Program-made: the position numbers and the translations under genes
Notes under the pieces: model-generated
What the model was told of the DNA's origin: nothing
What the model saw: the letters and a program-made list of their open reading frames with translations, nothing else
Database searches by the model: none
Shown: one piece after another, positions 53,679 through 63,258 of the stretch
How the letters are laid out: each line of letters opens with the position of its first letter
Position numbering within the stretch: the first letter of the stretch is position 1
Assembly (NCBI GenBank): GCA_900549725.1
Contig: URPL01000002.1
Location: forward strand, 17,077 to 81,076
Direction: 5' to 3'
Origin: an uncultured Eubacteriales bacterium
GTDB lineage: Bacteria; Bacillota; Clostridia; Oscillospirales; CAG-272
DNA: 64,000 bases

Positions 53679-55991
53679 ATGATTCAAGTTGAAAAAGGAT
53701 ACCAGTGTTATGAGCTGCGTGCGGTAGACGCAGGCATTTTCCGCTTGCGCATCGGATTTTTGGGCGAGTTTCACGACAGTTTGCTCTCCCGCTATCATAT
53801 TCTGCACGAGCAGGGCGACGCGGAGCAGGCGCAGAGCCGCGACGGTGAAAAATATACCCTTTTGTCCACTGCGGGGCAAAGCGCCGTTTTGGATCTTGCG
53901 GCGTCGGAGGTTACATTTCTCGGCGGCAAGCAGCCGCTGACGGTTTCATTTGCGCCGCTGCCCGGGCATAAATATATGAAGGGAGACGGATTCACCCTTT
54001 CCATGCCTTTGCAAAAAGAGGAGCGGCTCTACGGCATTGGGGACGAGGCAAGAGAGAGCATTGCGCGCCGCGGGCATATCTGCAATATCAATATCGTCAA
54101 TGTGCAGGCTTACGGCCCGGTGCCCTATGTCATGAGCACGGGCGGCTGGTCGATTTTGCTCAACTGCACCTATGCACAGGTGTATGACCTCGGAAAAACC
54201 GATCCCGACCGTATCACTATGACCGCGGAGGGCGGCTATGTCGATTTTTATATTTTTCTCCCGCAGGACGGCACCGTTGCGGGAAATCTGGAGCGCGCCA
54301 CGCGTATTATGGGACGGCCGCTGCTCATGCCGAAATCGTTTTACGGATTTACCTTCGTATTCAACGAAATGACCGACGCGCGCACCATGCTGTATGAATG
54401 CAAGATGTTCCGCGACGATGATATTCCGGTGGATACCGTCGGGCTGGAGCCGCAGTGGATGGAAAAATTCTATGATTTTTCCACGGACAAAAAATGGGAC
54501 CACACGCGCTTTTGGCTGCCAGAATGGGAGCCGGAAAATAACAGCGGCAACTGGACCTTCGGCTGGGCGCTGCGCAATCTCGGCTTCAAGCTTTCTCTGT
54601 GGCTTTGCAACAACTACGATCTTTTGTGGGAAGAAGAGCGGCAGGCAGGCTGCTTTGATAAGCCAAAGGAAATTCAATATGCCTATACGGACGCGATGAT
54701 CCGCGATGGGCATTTTGCCAATGCAACCTGGGTGGACGAGCTGACCAAGCGCGATGAGGCATGGTTCAAGCATCTTGAAAAATTTGTGGATAACGGCGCC
54801 GCGGGCTTTAAAATGGACGGCTGCACACAGGTCACGCATCACCCCGACCGCTATTGGGCATGCAAATACCATGACGACGAGGTGCACAATGTTTACCCCG
54901 TGATCTACGCAAAGCAGATGAAAGAAGGCTTTGCGCGCCACACGGACGGGCGCAGAGTTGTGCTGTATACGCCGTGCGTTTATGCGGGCACCTCGCAATA
55001 TGCCGCCTCCTGGGCGGGGGATACGGGCGGCGGCTTCAAAACGCTGACCTCCATGCTCAACTACGGCTTCTGCGGACACACGAATGTTACCTGCGATATG
55101 GACCCGACCCCGCAGGGCATTCATTACGGCTTTTTGCTGCCCTGGGTGCAGTATCTTGGGTGGAACAACTGGCAGCAGCCCTGGTTTCTCGGCGAAAAGC
55201 TGCATACCATGCTGCGCGATTATGCAAAGCTGCGCTCTTCCCTGTTTCCTTATATGTATTCCATGGCATATCGTTCGCATCAAACCGGCATGCCCGTGGC
55301 GCGCGCGCTTTCCATGGTGCATCCCGAGCGGGGGGATTACGATGCGGTGCGCAACTGTTATTATCTCGGGGACAGCCTGTTTGTCGGCGCGTTTGATATG
55401 CATTTGACGCTGCCGCAGGAGACCTTCTTCGATTATTTCACCGGGGAGCGCTATGAGGGCGGGCGCGAGATGGAGTATGCGATTCCGCAGGGGCGCGGCG
55501 GTGCGCTTCTTGTGCGCGGGGGAAGCATTTTCTGCACCATGCAGCCGCAGAATTATATTGAAGAAAAGGTTCCGCAGGAATATAATATCGAGCTTTATCC
55601 CGGCGGTCGGGGAAAGTTTACCCTGTATGATGACGACGGGCTGACCTATGCCTATGAAAACGGCGATTATACCGAAACGGAGATGCTTTGGCAGCCGCAG
55701 GATGATAAAATGTGCCTGAGTATCAAACAGCGGCAGGGCGGCTGGAATGCGCGGCCGCGCAAAGAGGGCGAGCCTTTGTCAACGCCGGACGTTGCGGGGG
55801 TCTCCCCCGTTCCCTCCTTTGTCGTTCGCGTGCACGGATGCAGGAGCGTGCGCGTGTGGGCGCAGGACGGGCGCGAGCTCCCGACGGAATTTGTTGAAAA
55901 GACGGAGAAAACGGATGCCGTATTCACCTTCCGCATTGAAAAAGAGCAGCATGCGGCGGGCGATGTTTCCTATCTCATTGCGCTTGCATAA
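53679..55991 (+). CDS. Glycoside hydrolase family 31 (alpha-glucosidase/alpha-xylosidase-like)
   Basis: The ATG follows AAAGGA. The nucleophile region AAGFKMDG resembles the YicI-type FKTDFGE motif, and WAGDTGGGF is present. The C-terminal beta-sandwich has FTLYDDDGLTYAYENG, typical of GH31. Confidence 0.82.
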   Translation: MIQVEKGYQCYELRAVDAGIFRLRIGFLGEFHDSLLSRYHILHEQGDAEQAQSRDGEKYTLLSTAGQSAVLDLAASEVTFLGGKQPLTVSFAPLPGHKYMKGDGFTLSMPLQKEERLYGIGDEARESIARRGHICNINIVNVQAYGPVPYVMSTGGWSILLNCTYAQVYDLGKTDPDRITMTAEGGYVDFYIFLPQDGTVAGNLERATRIMGRPLLMPKSFYGFTFVFNEMTDARTMLYECKMFRDDDIPVDTVGLEPQWMEKFYDFSTDKKWDHTRFWLPEWEPENNSGNWTFGWALRNLGFKLSLWLCNNYDLLWEEERQAGCFDKPKEIQYAYTDAMIRDGHFANATWVDELTKRDEAWFKHLEKFVDNGAAGFKMDGCTQVTHHPDRYWACKYHDDEVHNVYPVIYAKQMKEGFARHTDGRRVVLYTPCVYAGTSQYAASWAGDTGGGFKTLTSMLNYGFCGHTNVTCDMDPTPQGIHYGFLLPWVQYLGWNNWQQPWFLGEKLHTMLRDYAKLRSSLFPYMYSMAYRSHQTGMPVARALSMVHPERGDYDAVRNCYYLGDSLFVGAFDMHLTLPQETFFDYFTGERYEGGREMEYAIPQGRGGALLVRGGSIFCTMQPQNYIEEKVPQEYNIELYPGGRGKFTLYDDDGLTYAYENGDYTETEMLWQPQDDKMCLSIKQRQGGWNARPRKEGEPLSTPDVAGVSPVPSFVVRVHGCRSVRVWAQDGRELPTEFVEKTEKTDAVFTFRIEKEQHAAGDVSYLIALA

Positions 55992-56000
55992 ATTTTTCGG

Positions 56001-56036
56001 CGGCGCCGCATTTTTGCGGCGCCGGTTTCTTTTTTA
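56001..56036 (+). terminator. Rho-independent terminator after the GH31 gene
   Basis: CGGCGCCGC-attttt-GCGGCGCCG (a 9-bp GC stem) is followed by GTTTCTTTTTT. Confidence 0.7.
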
Positions 56037-56108
56037 AAAAAAGTGCGCCGCGGGGGAAATGTCGAAGAAAAAGCGGGCTCGGCGGGGCTTTTCCCGCGGT
56101 GGTTTTTC

Positions 56109-56137
56109 TTGACAAAGGCGGCGCGGTGGTGTAAAAT
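56109..56137 (+). promoter_or_regulatory. Sigma-A-type promoter for yicC-remA-gmk-rpoZ
   Basis: TTGACA (56109-56114), a 17-nt spacer, then TAAAAT (56132-56137). Confidence 0.5.
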
Positions 56138-56208
56138 AAAATGTATCATGAGAAAAGTGTCGCCGGCTGCAAAAAGGCGGGCGAGGCAAAGCGGAGGAGG
56201 GGTGAGCG

Positions 56209-57096
56209 ATGCTGCGCAGCATGACGGCGTTCGGCAGAGCGCGCGGCGTATTTGACGAGCTTTGCATAACGGTGGAGATCAAAAGCGTCAATAACCGCTA
56301 TTTTGATTGCGCGGTCAAGCTGCCGCGCGGCTATACCTTTTTGGAGGACGGGATCCGGCAGCATCTGGCGGCGCGCGGCATCATGCGCGGCAAGCTGGAT
56401 GTGCTGCTGGGTGTTGAAAACCTCGGCGGCAGCGGCGCGTCGGTGCGCCCCGATTTGGATCTTGCAAGAAGCTATATGGCGGCGCTTGATACCCTGCGGG
56501 ATACCTTTTCCCTGGCAGATGATCGCACGCTGATGAGCCTTGCGCAAAATAAGGAGCTGTTTTTGCCCGAAAAGGCGCAGGCAGACGAAGAAAAAACAAA
56601 GCGGGCGGTGCTCACGGTATTGGAGGAGGCGACGGACGCTTTTCTGGATGCAAGAGAGCGCGAGGGCGCGCGCCTGTGCGCCGATCTGGCAGCGAAAAAA
56701 GCGCATTTTGCCGAGTATCTGCCACGCATTGAGGCGCTCGGGCAAGCGCGCGTGGAGCAATATCGGCAGCGCCTGGAGAGCCGCATGCGCGCCCTGCTTG
56801 CGGAATACGGCGTGTCGGCGGATGAGGGCAGGCTTTTAACGGAGGTGGGGCTTTTTGCCGACCGCGCGGCGACGGATGAGGAAACCGTGCGCCTAAGAAG
56901 CCATCTCGAGGCGTTCGATCAGATGCTGCAAAGCAACGAGGCGGTCGGGCGAAAGCTTGATTTTCTCCTGCAGGAAATGAACCGCGAGACAAACACCATC
57001 GGCTCTAAGGCAAATGATCTTGCCATTACAAAGCTTGTGATCGAGATGAAAAACGAGCTGGAAAAAATCCGCGAGCAGATTCAGAATATCGAATAA
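56209..57096 (+). CDS. yicC: YicC/YloC-family stress-induced endoribonuclease-like protein
   Basis: [18 protein letters not shown] and the C-terminal [18 protein letters not shown]...[15 protein letters not shown] are present. Confidence 0.9.
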   Translation: MLRSMTAFGRARGVFDELCITVEIKSVNNRYFDCAVKLPRGYTFLEDGIRQHLAARGIMRGKLDVLLGVENLGGSGASVRPDLDLARSYMAALDTLRDTFSLADDRTLMSLAQNKELFLPEKAQADEEKTKRAVLTVLEEATDAFLDAREREGARLCADLAAKKAHFAEYLPRIEALGQARVEQYRQRLESRMRALLAEYGVSADEGRLLTEVGLFADRAATDEETVRLRSHLEAFDQMLQSNEAVGRKLDFLLQEMNRETNTIGSKANDLAITKLVIEMKNELEKIREQIQNIE

Positions 57097-57113
57097 AAAA
57101 CGAGGTCAAAGCC

Positions 57114-57389
57114 ATGCGATTTATCAATATCGGATTCGGAAATATGGTGGCGGCGGAGCGGGTTGTGGCGATTGTTTCGCCGGACAGCGCGCCGGTCAAG
57201 CGCATGATCCAGGACGGAAAGGATGCAGGACGCATCATCGATGTCACCTGCGGCAGAAGAACGCGCGCCGTTCTGATTACTGACAGCGACCATATCATTC
57301 TGTCCGCCGTGCAGACAGAAACGATTTCAAACCGCCTGAACGACGGCTTTGAGGATGAAGAGGACGAAGAAGAGGACGAGGCGGAATAA
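57114..57389 (+). CDS. remA: DUF370-family regulator RemA (with poly-acidic C-terminal tail)
   Basis: [33 protein letters not shown]...[33 protein letters not shown] is present. It occupies the conserved position between yicC and gmk. Confidence 0.85.
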   Translation: MRFINIGFGNMVAAERVVAIVSPDSAPVKRMIQDGKDAGRIIDVTCGRRTRAVLITDSDHIILSAVQTETISNRLNDGFEDEEDEEEDEAE

Positions 57390-57391
57390 AA

Positions 57392-58057
57392 ATGGAAAAC
57401 ACGACGCAAAACGAAGAGAGCAAGACCATGCGCGGCGTTCCCGTTGTTATTTCCGGGCCCAGCGGCAGCGGAAAGGGAACGGTGGTAGCCCGCCTTGTGA
57501 AGGATTACCCGCAATTTGAGCTGAGCATCAGCGTGACCACGCGCGCGCCGCGCGAGGGCGAGGAAAACGGCAAGCATTATTATTTTATCAGCGACGAAGA
57601 ATTTGAGCATATGCGCAAAACCGACGCGCTTTTGGAGAGCGCAGGGTATGTCGGCCATTATTACGGCACGCCGAAGGCGCCTGTGGAGGCGGCGGTGGCA
57701 AAGGGCGCAAGTCCGCTGCTTGAAATCGAGGTGCAGGGGGCGCTGCAGATCAAGGCGCGCCGACCCGACGCCGTTTTGATCTTTTTGATGCCGCCGAATG
57801 CCGAGATCCTGAAAAAACGCCTGTGCGGCCGCGGGACGGATTCGGCGCAGGTCATTGAGCAGCGCCTGGAGCGCGCCCGGGCGGAGATCGCCCTATGCGG
57901 CAATTATGATTATATCATCATCAACGAGGAAGGCGCTGTTGAGCAGACGGCGCAGCGCATTGCCGAGATTTTAAGAGCGGAGCAATGCCGCACTCCGAGA
58001 ATGCAACCAATCATCGAACACTTTTTCAAGAGCGAGCAAGGAGGAGAAAAAGAATGA
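57392..58057 (+). CDS. gmk: Guanylate kinase
   Basis: The P-loop ISGPSGSGKGT and TTRAPREGEENGKHYYF are present. The stop overlaps the rpoZ ATG. An internal start at 57428 is also possible. Confidence 0.92.
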   Translation: MENTTQNEESKTMRGVPVVISGPSGSGKGTVVARLVKDYPQFELSISVTTRAPREGEENGKHYYFISDEEFEHMRKTDALLESAGYVGHYYGTPKAPVEAAVAKGASPLLEIEVQGALQIKARRPDAVLIFLMPPNAEILKKRLCGRGTDSAQVIEQRLERARAEIALCGNYDYIIINEEGAVEQTAQRIAEILRAEQCRTPRMQPIIEHFFKSEQGGEKE

Positions 58058-58368
58058 TTTATCCGTCGATTGAGGAACTTACCAAGGGAAAATTCAACCG
58101 CTATGCCCTGTGCATCGCCTGTGCAAAATGCGCGCGGCTTGTGACGGACGAATATGTGCAGCAGCGCCATGAGGCGGAGGAAATGATCGCCCGCAAGGAG
58201 ACGACAAAGCCCCTTGCCTCCATGATCAGCCGCGATATTCGCGATGAGAAGGCAGTGAAAAACGCCATCCGCCATTTGTATCAGGGGGATGTCAAAATTA
58301 TTTTCCCGCAGCCCGGGCAGGATGAAAACGATCCTCCCGTTTCCGAAGAGCAAACGGCTGCGCAATAA
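58054..58368 (+). CDS. rpoZ: DNA-directed RNA polymerase subunit omega
   Basis: The ATG at 58054 follows GGAGGAG and overlaps the gmk stop (ATGA). PSIEELTKGKFNRYALCIACAKCARLV resembles clostridial omega. It occupies the conserved gmk-rpoZ position. Confidence 0.85.
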   Translation: MIYPSIEELTKGKFNRYALCIACAKCARLVTDEYVQQRHEAEEMIARKETTKPLASMISRDIRDEKAVKNAIRHLYQGDVKIIFPQPGQDENDPPVSEEQTAAQ

Positions 58369-58391
58369 TGTGCTGCACAGGGGGTGAGCAG

Positions 58392-60929
58392 ATGGCGGGA
58401 TATGCAACGGTCTATCTTTTAGACCTTCCCTTTTCTGCGGATCGCCCCTTTCTTTATTCCCTGCCGCCTGCGCTTGGCGGGCTGCGCCCCGGGCAATTTG
58501 TCTATGTTCCGTTTGGGCGGGGCAATCGGCTGCGCCGCGCCGTGGTTTTTCGGGTCTTTGAGCAGCCGTCGTCGGAAGAAACCGCGCCGCAGCCCCTGAA
58601 GCCTGTTTTCGGGCTGCTCACGGAAAGCATTTTTTTGGATGCGGGGCAGCTGGCGCTGTGCGAATACCTGGCGCAACATTGTTTTTGCTCGGTCGGCGCC
58701 GTGGCGCGCGCCATGGTCCCCGCAGGGGCGTTTGCGGCGGTGCAGGTGCGTTATGCGGCGGGGGGAAATCCGGCGGGGGCGCGCCTTGATGCAGGGCAAA
58801 AAGCCGTTTTGAGCGTGCTTTGGCAAAGCGATGAGCCCCGGGAGGAGCAGGCGCTTGCGGAAAAGTGCGGCATGGATCGCAAAGTGCTGCGCAAAATACT
58901 GGAGCGGCTGTGTGCGCGAGGGTTGGCAAAGCGGTGCGAAAGCGGAAAAACGGCGGAGAATATCCGCTATGAAACAAAGGTTTCTCTGAGAATCGATCCA
59001 AAGAAGGCGCTGATGCTGGCGTCGGACAAAGAGGCGCTGAAAAATGCCCTCGGGCGCCGCACGCGCTCCGGTGCTTATGAAAAGGCGCTGCAAAAGCTCG
59101 CGGCGGGGCCTTGTGCCGCAGCGGAGCTTGCTCTTGACAGCGGGATCACGGCGCAGCAGCGGGAGCTTCTGCAGACGCAGGGGCTGATTTTCTGCGAACG
59201 CGTGCCGAAAAACCGTCTCCTTTTTGAAACAGGGGATCCTCCCGATGAAAATGTGTTGAATGAGGAGCAGCAAGGTGTGTTCAAAGGGCTCTCGGCGCTG
59301 CTTGACGGGCAGGCGCACGGCGCGCTGCTGCAAGGGGTTACCGGCAGCGGAAAAACCCGCGTGATCAAGGCGCTGTGCGACAAAGTGATCGCTGCAGGGC
59401 GGCAGATCATTATGCTGGTGCCGGAAATTGCATTGACGCCGCAGTCGCTGCGCATTTTCTGCTCCTATTATAAGGGGCGCGTCGCTGTTTTACACAGTGC
59501 GCTGAGCGAGGGAGAACGGCTCGACGAATGGCGCCGCATCCGCGCGGGCGAGGTAGACCTTGTCATCGGCACGCGCAGCGCGGTGTTCGCCCCGGTGCAA
59601 AAGCTCGGTATGCTTGTTATTGACGAAGAACAGGAGCACACCTATAAATCCGAGCAGGACCCGAAATTCCACGCGCGCGACGCAGCGCGCTTCCGCTGTG
59701 CCCATGCCGGCGCGCTGATGCTGCTTGCCTCGGCAACGCCGAGCGTGGAGAGCTATTATAAAGCAAAAAGCGGGATTTATTCCCTGTTCACATTGAAAAA
59801 TCGCTACGGCGGCGCGCAGCTGCCGCAGGTGCTGTTTGCGGATCTGCGCATGGCAGACCGCGAGGATGCCGAGGCGCTGCTCTCTCCCGTTTTATTGGAG
59901 GAGCTGCGCAAAAATGAAGCTGCGGGCGAGCAGAGCATTCTCTTTCTCAACCGTCGCGGCTATCACAATTATGTTTCCTGCTATTCCTGCGGCGAGTCGC
60001 TTTGCTGCCCGCATTGCAGCGTTACGCTCACGGCGCACGTGCCGGCATATATTCGCAGAAAAGAATATGATACGCACGGCGTTCCGCAGCAAACGGAGCT
60101 TGTCTGCCATTATTGCGGCTACCGCATCAAAAAACCGAAGGCTTGCCCGAAATGCGGCTCGGAGCATCTGCGCTATTTCGGCACGGGCACGCAGCGCGGG
60201 GAGGATCTTTTGTCCCGCGTTTTGCCGCAGGCGCGCATTTTGCGCATGGACGCCGACTCCACCCGAAAAAAAGGCGGGCATGAGGAAATTCTTTCTGCAT
60301 TTCGCCGCGGCGAGGCGGATATCCTGCTCGGCACCCAAATGGTGACCAAGGGGCATGATTTTCCGCGGGTGAGCCTGAGTGCCGTGCTCAATGCCGACGG
60401 GCTTTTGGCGCAGGATGATTTCCGCGCGCAGGAGAGGGCTTTTTCCCTGATCACGCAGGTGGTCGGCAGAGCGGGCAGAGCGGGCGGACAGGCGCGCGCC
60501 GTGATCCAGACGCGCCAACCGGAGCATAAAACGCTGCGGCTTGCCGCCGCGCAGGACTATGAAGCATTTTATGAGGGCGCAATCGCCGTGCGGCGCGCAA
60601 GGCTTTTTCCGCCGTTTTGCAATATCGCGCTGTTTTCCTTTGCCGCAAAAGACGAAGCGAGGCTGCGCGAGGCTGCGCAGGCGCTTTGCGCTTCGCTGCG
60701 CACGCTGAGCGGGGAAAACGCCCCGTATGCGGACGTGCCCCTTGAGGTGTTCGGTCCGTTTGAGGCGGCGATTTACCGCGTCAGCGACGAGTACCGTATG
60801 CGCTCCGTGGTGAAATGCCGCGACAACAAGCGCCTGCGGGAGCTGTTTCGCACGGTGATTCTTGCGCATGCGGAGCGGTTTCATGAAAGCGTGAGCCTTG
60901 CGCTTGATTTTGATCCGACAAATTTATAA
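58392..60929 (+). CDS. priA: Primosomal replication-restart helicase PriA
   Basis: Walker [11 protein letters not shown] and DEEQ (VIDEEQEHTYK) are present, along with the Cys-rich zinc region CYSCGESLCCPHCSVTL...CHYCGY...CPKCGS. The ATG at 58392 follows GGGGGTGA. Confidence 0.93.
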   Translation: MAGYATVYLLDLPFSADRPFLYSLPPALGGLRPGQFVYVPFGRGNRLRRAVVFRVFEQPSSEETAPQPLKPVFGLLTESIFLDAGQLALCEYLAQHCFCSVGAVARAMVPAGAFAAVQVRYAAGGNPAGARLDAGQKAVLSVLWQSDEPREEQALAEKCGMDRKVLRKILERLCARGLAKRCESGKTAENIRYETKVSLRIDPKKALMLASDKEALKNALGRRTRSGAYEKALQKLAAGPCAAAELALDSGITAQQRELLQTQGLIFCERVPKNRLLFETGDPPDENVLNEEQQGVFKGLSALLDGQAHGALLQGVTGSGKTRVIKALCDKVIAAGRQIIMLVPEIALTPQSLRIFCSYYKGRVAVLHSALSEGERLDEWRRIRAGEVDLVIGTRSAVFAPVQKLGMLVIDEEQEHTYKSEQDPKFHARDAARFRCAHAGALMLLASATPSVESYYKAKSGIYSLFTLKNRYGGAQLPQVLFADLRMADREDAEALLSPVLLEELRKNEAAGEQSILFLNRRGYHNYVSCYSCGESLCCPHCSVTLTAHVPAYIRRKEYDTHGVPQQTELVCHYCGYRIKKPKACPKCGSEHLRYFGTGTQRGEDLLSRVLPQARILRMDADSTRKKGGHEEILSAFRRGEADILLGTQMVTKGHDFPRVSLSAVLNADGLLAQDDFRAQERAFSLITQVVGRAGRAGGQARAVIQTRQPEHKTLRLAAAQDYEAFYEGAIAVRRARLFPPFCNIALFSFAAKDEARLREAAQALCASLRTLSGENAPYADVPLEVFGPFEAAIYRVSDEYRMRSVVKCRDNKRLRELFRTVILAHAERFHESVSLALDFDPTNL

Positions 60930-60976
60930 GGCGAATGAAAGCTCGGCAATTTTGAAAACGAAAAGAGGAAAAGACA

Positions 60977-61423
60977 ATGGCAATTCGAAAAATTCTGACA
61001 GAGGGTGACCGCACGCTGCGGCTGCACAGCCGCCCGGTGCGCGAGGTGACGCCGCACATTTGTGAATTGCTGGACGATATGGCGCAAACCATGCGCAAAG
61101 CAGACGGCTGCGGGCTTGCCGCGCCGCAGGTCGGTGTTTTGCGCCGCGTGGCCGTTGTGGAGACGGAGCCGGGAGAGCTGTATGAGCTGATTAACCCGGA
61201 GCTCATTTATCAAGAGGGTGAGCAGAAAGAGATCGAAGGCTGTCTTTCCATTCCGGGCAAGCAGGGCATCACAACGCGCCCGCAAAAGGTGCGCGTGCGC
61301 GCTGTGGGGCGCGACGGAAAACTGCATGAATATGAGGGCGAGGGGCTTCTTGCAAGAGCGTTCTGCCATGAGATCGACCATTTGGACGGCATTTTGTTTA
61401 TCGACCATGCAACCCTTCTTTGA
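60977..61423 (+). CDS. def: Peptide deformylase
   Basis: The motifs GCGLAAPQVG, EGCLSIPG and HEIDHLDG are present. Confidence 0.95.
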   Translation: MAIRKILTEGDRTLRLHSRPVREVTPHICELLDDMAQTMRKADGCGLAAPQVGVLRRVAVVETEPGELYELINPELIYQEGEQKEIEGCLSIPGKQGITTRPQKVRVRAVGRDGKLHEYEGEGLLARAFCHEIDHLDGILFIDHATLL

Positions 61424-61525
61424 GGCGCTTTTTCAAAAAAAAGAGAAAGAATGCAAGGCGGCGCAAGACCGCGCAGGCGCAGGGATGCGGCGCCGCAGAA
61501 GCAAAACGGGAAAAGGAGAAAAAAC

Positions 61526-62503
61526 ATGGCGCTCAGAGTTTTATTTATGGGCACGCCGGAGTTTGCCGCGGTGCAGCTGTGTGCGCTTTGGGAGCAAAAA
61601 GAGGCACTTGATCTTTCCGTGGTCGGCGCCGTTTGCCAGCCGGATAAGCCGCGCGGCAGGGGCAAGCAGCTGCTGCCCTGCGCCGTAAAAGCATATGCGC
61701 AAAGCGTCGGCATTCCGGTGTTTCAGCCGCAGACTCTGCGGGACGAGGCGTTCGCCGCGCTTTTGCGGGAATGCGATCCGGAGCTGATCGTTGTTGCGGC
61801 ATACGGCAAGCTTTTGCCGGAAAGCGTGCTGCAATATCCGCGCCTTGGCTGCATCAATGTGCACGGCTCTCTTTTGCCGCACTATCGCGGCGCCGCGCCG
61901 ATTCAGCGCGCCGTGATGAACGGCGACAGCGAAACGGGCGTTACCATAATGTTTATGGAAAAGGGCATGGATACGGGCGCAATGCTTGCAAAAAGCGCAT
62001 TTTCCATCACCCCGCAGGATACCTACGGCACTGTGCATGACCGCATGGCGGCACAGGGCGCGGCACTTTTGCCGGGGGTGATCCGGGCGCTGCGGCAGGG
62101 GCGGGCAGATCCAAAGCCGCAGGACGAGGCCCGGGCGACCTATGCGCCGAAGATCGAAAAAGAGGAATGCTTTCTTGATTTTTCAAAAAGCGCCGAGGTT
62201 CTTCATAATCAGATCCGCGGCCTTTCCCCCGCGCCGCTTGCCTGCGCCTATCTGCATTCAAAAAAGGGCGCGCAGCGCATGAAGATCGCGGCGGCGCAGG
62301 TGATCCCGGCCAAAGAGGGCGTTCCGGCGGGCACGGTGTTTTTGTCGGGCGATAAGCCATGCGTTATGTGCGGGCGGGATGCGCTTTTGCTGTGCCGCGT
62401 TGTGCCGCAGGGCAAAGCGGAAATGGATGGGGCGGCATATGCCCGCGGCAGAGGCATTGCCCCGGGCGACCGCCTCAGTCAAACGGAAGAAGAAAACGGA
62501 TAA
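61526..62503 (+). CDS. fmt: Methionyl-tRNA formyltransferase
   Basis: The start MALRVLFMGTPEFA follows AAAGGAGA. The motifs NVHGSLLPHYRGAAPIQ are present. Confidence 0.95.
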   Translation: MALRVLFMGTPEFAAVQLCALWEQKEALDLSVVGAVCQPDKPRGRGKQLLPCAVKAYAQSVGIPVFQPQTLRDEAFAALLRECDPELIVVAAYGKLLPESVLQYPRLGCINVHGSLLPHYRGAAPIQRAVMNGDSETGVTIMFMEKGMDTGAMLAKSAFSITPQDTYGTVHDRMAAQGAALLPGVIRALRQGRADPKPQDEARATYAPKIEKEECFLDFSKSAEVLHNQIRGLSPAPLACAYLHSKKGAQRMKIAAAQVIPAKEGVPAGTVFLSGDKPCVMCGRDALLLCRVVPQGKAEMDGAAYARGRGIAPGDRLSQTEEENG

Positions 62504-62513
62504 GGAGAGAGCT

Positions 62514-63248
62514 ATGGGACCCGGATATTATGATCTGTATTACGGCGGATTTTCCCCGCTTTACTATATTGCAATGCTGGCGCTGCTGGCGTTTTCCCTG
62601 TATGCGCAGATCCGCGTGAAAACAAGCTTTTCCAAATATTCCGCCGTACATTGCCGCAGCGGCATGACGGGTGCGCAGGCGGCGCAGGCCATTTTGCGCG
62701 CAAACGGGATTACCGATGTGCGCATTGAGCCGATCTCGGGAGATCTGACCGATCATTATGACCCGCGCGCCAAGGTGATTCGCCTGAGTGAGCGGGTGTA
62801 CGGGGCGGATACGGTCGCCGCAGTCGGCGTGGCTTCGCACGAGGCGGGGCACGCCGTGCAATATGCAACGGGCTATGCCCCCGTCAGGCTGCGCGCCGCC
62901 ATTATCGGGGTGACAAGCTTTGCCTCCCGCTTTGCCATGCTGCTTTTTATCGGCGGGCTGATTCTTTGCGCCGCCGCGCAGCAGCTGATCGTTCTTGCCT
63001 ATATCGGCTTTTTCCTGTATTGCACGATCTTTTTCTTTCAGCTTGTTACGCTGCCGGTGGAATTTAATGCAAGCCGCCGCGCTATGGCGGAAATTGCCGC
63101 CGGAGGAACATTGACGGAAGAGGAGCGCAGCGGTGCGCGCCGCGTGCTTACCGCCGCCGCTTTGACCTATGTTGCGGCAATGCTGACCTCGCTTTTGCAG
63201 GTTTTGCGGCTGCTTTCCATTTTGCGCCGCAACGACCGCGACCGATGA
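62514..63248 (+). CDS. Membrane zinc metallopeptidase, YugP-like (Zn_peptidase_2 type)
   Basis: The ATG at 62514 follows AAGGAGAGA. TM segments and the HEAGHAVQ motif are present. Confidence 0.8.
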   Translation: MGPGYYDLYYGGFSPLYYIAMLALLAFSLYAQIRVKTSFSKYSAVHCRSGMTGAQAAQAILRANGITDVRIEPISGDLTDHYDPRAKVIRLSERVYGADTVAAVGVASHEAGHAVQYATGYAPVRLRAAIIGVTSFASRFAMLLFIGGLILCAAAQQLIVLAYIGFFLYCTIFFFQLVTLPVEFNASRRAMAEIAAGGTLTEEERSGARRVLTAAALTYVAAMLTSLLQVLRLLSILRRNDRDR

Positions 63249-63258
63249 AAGAGGCAGT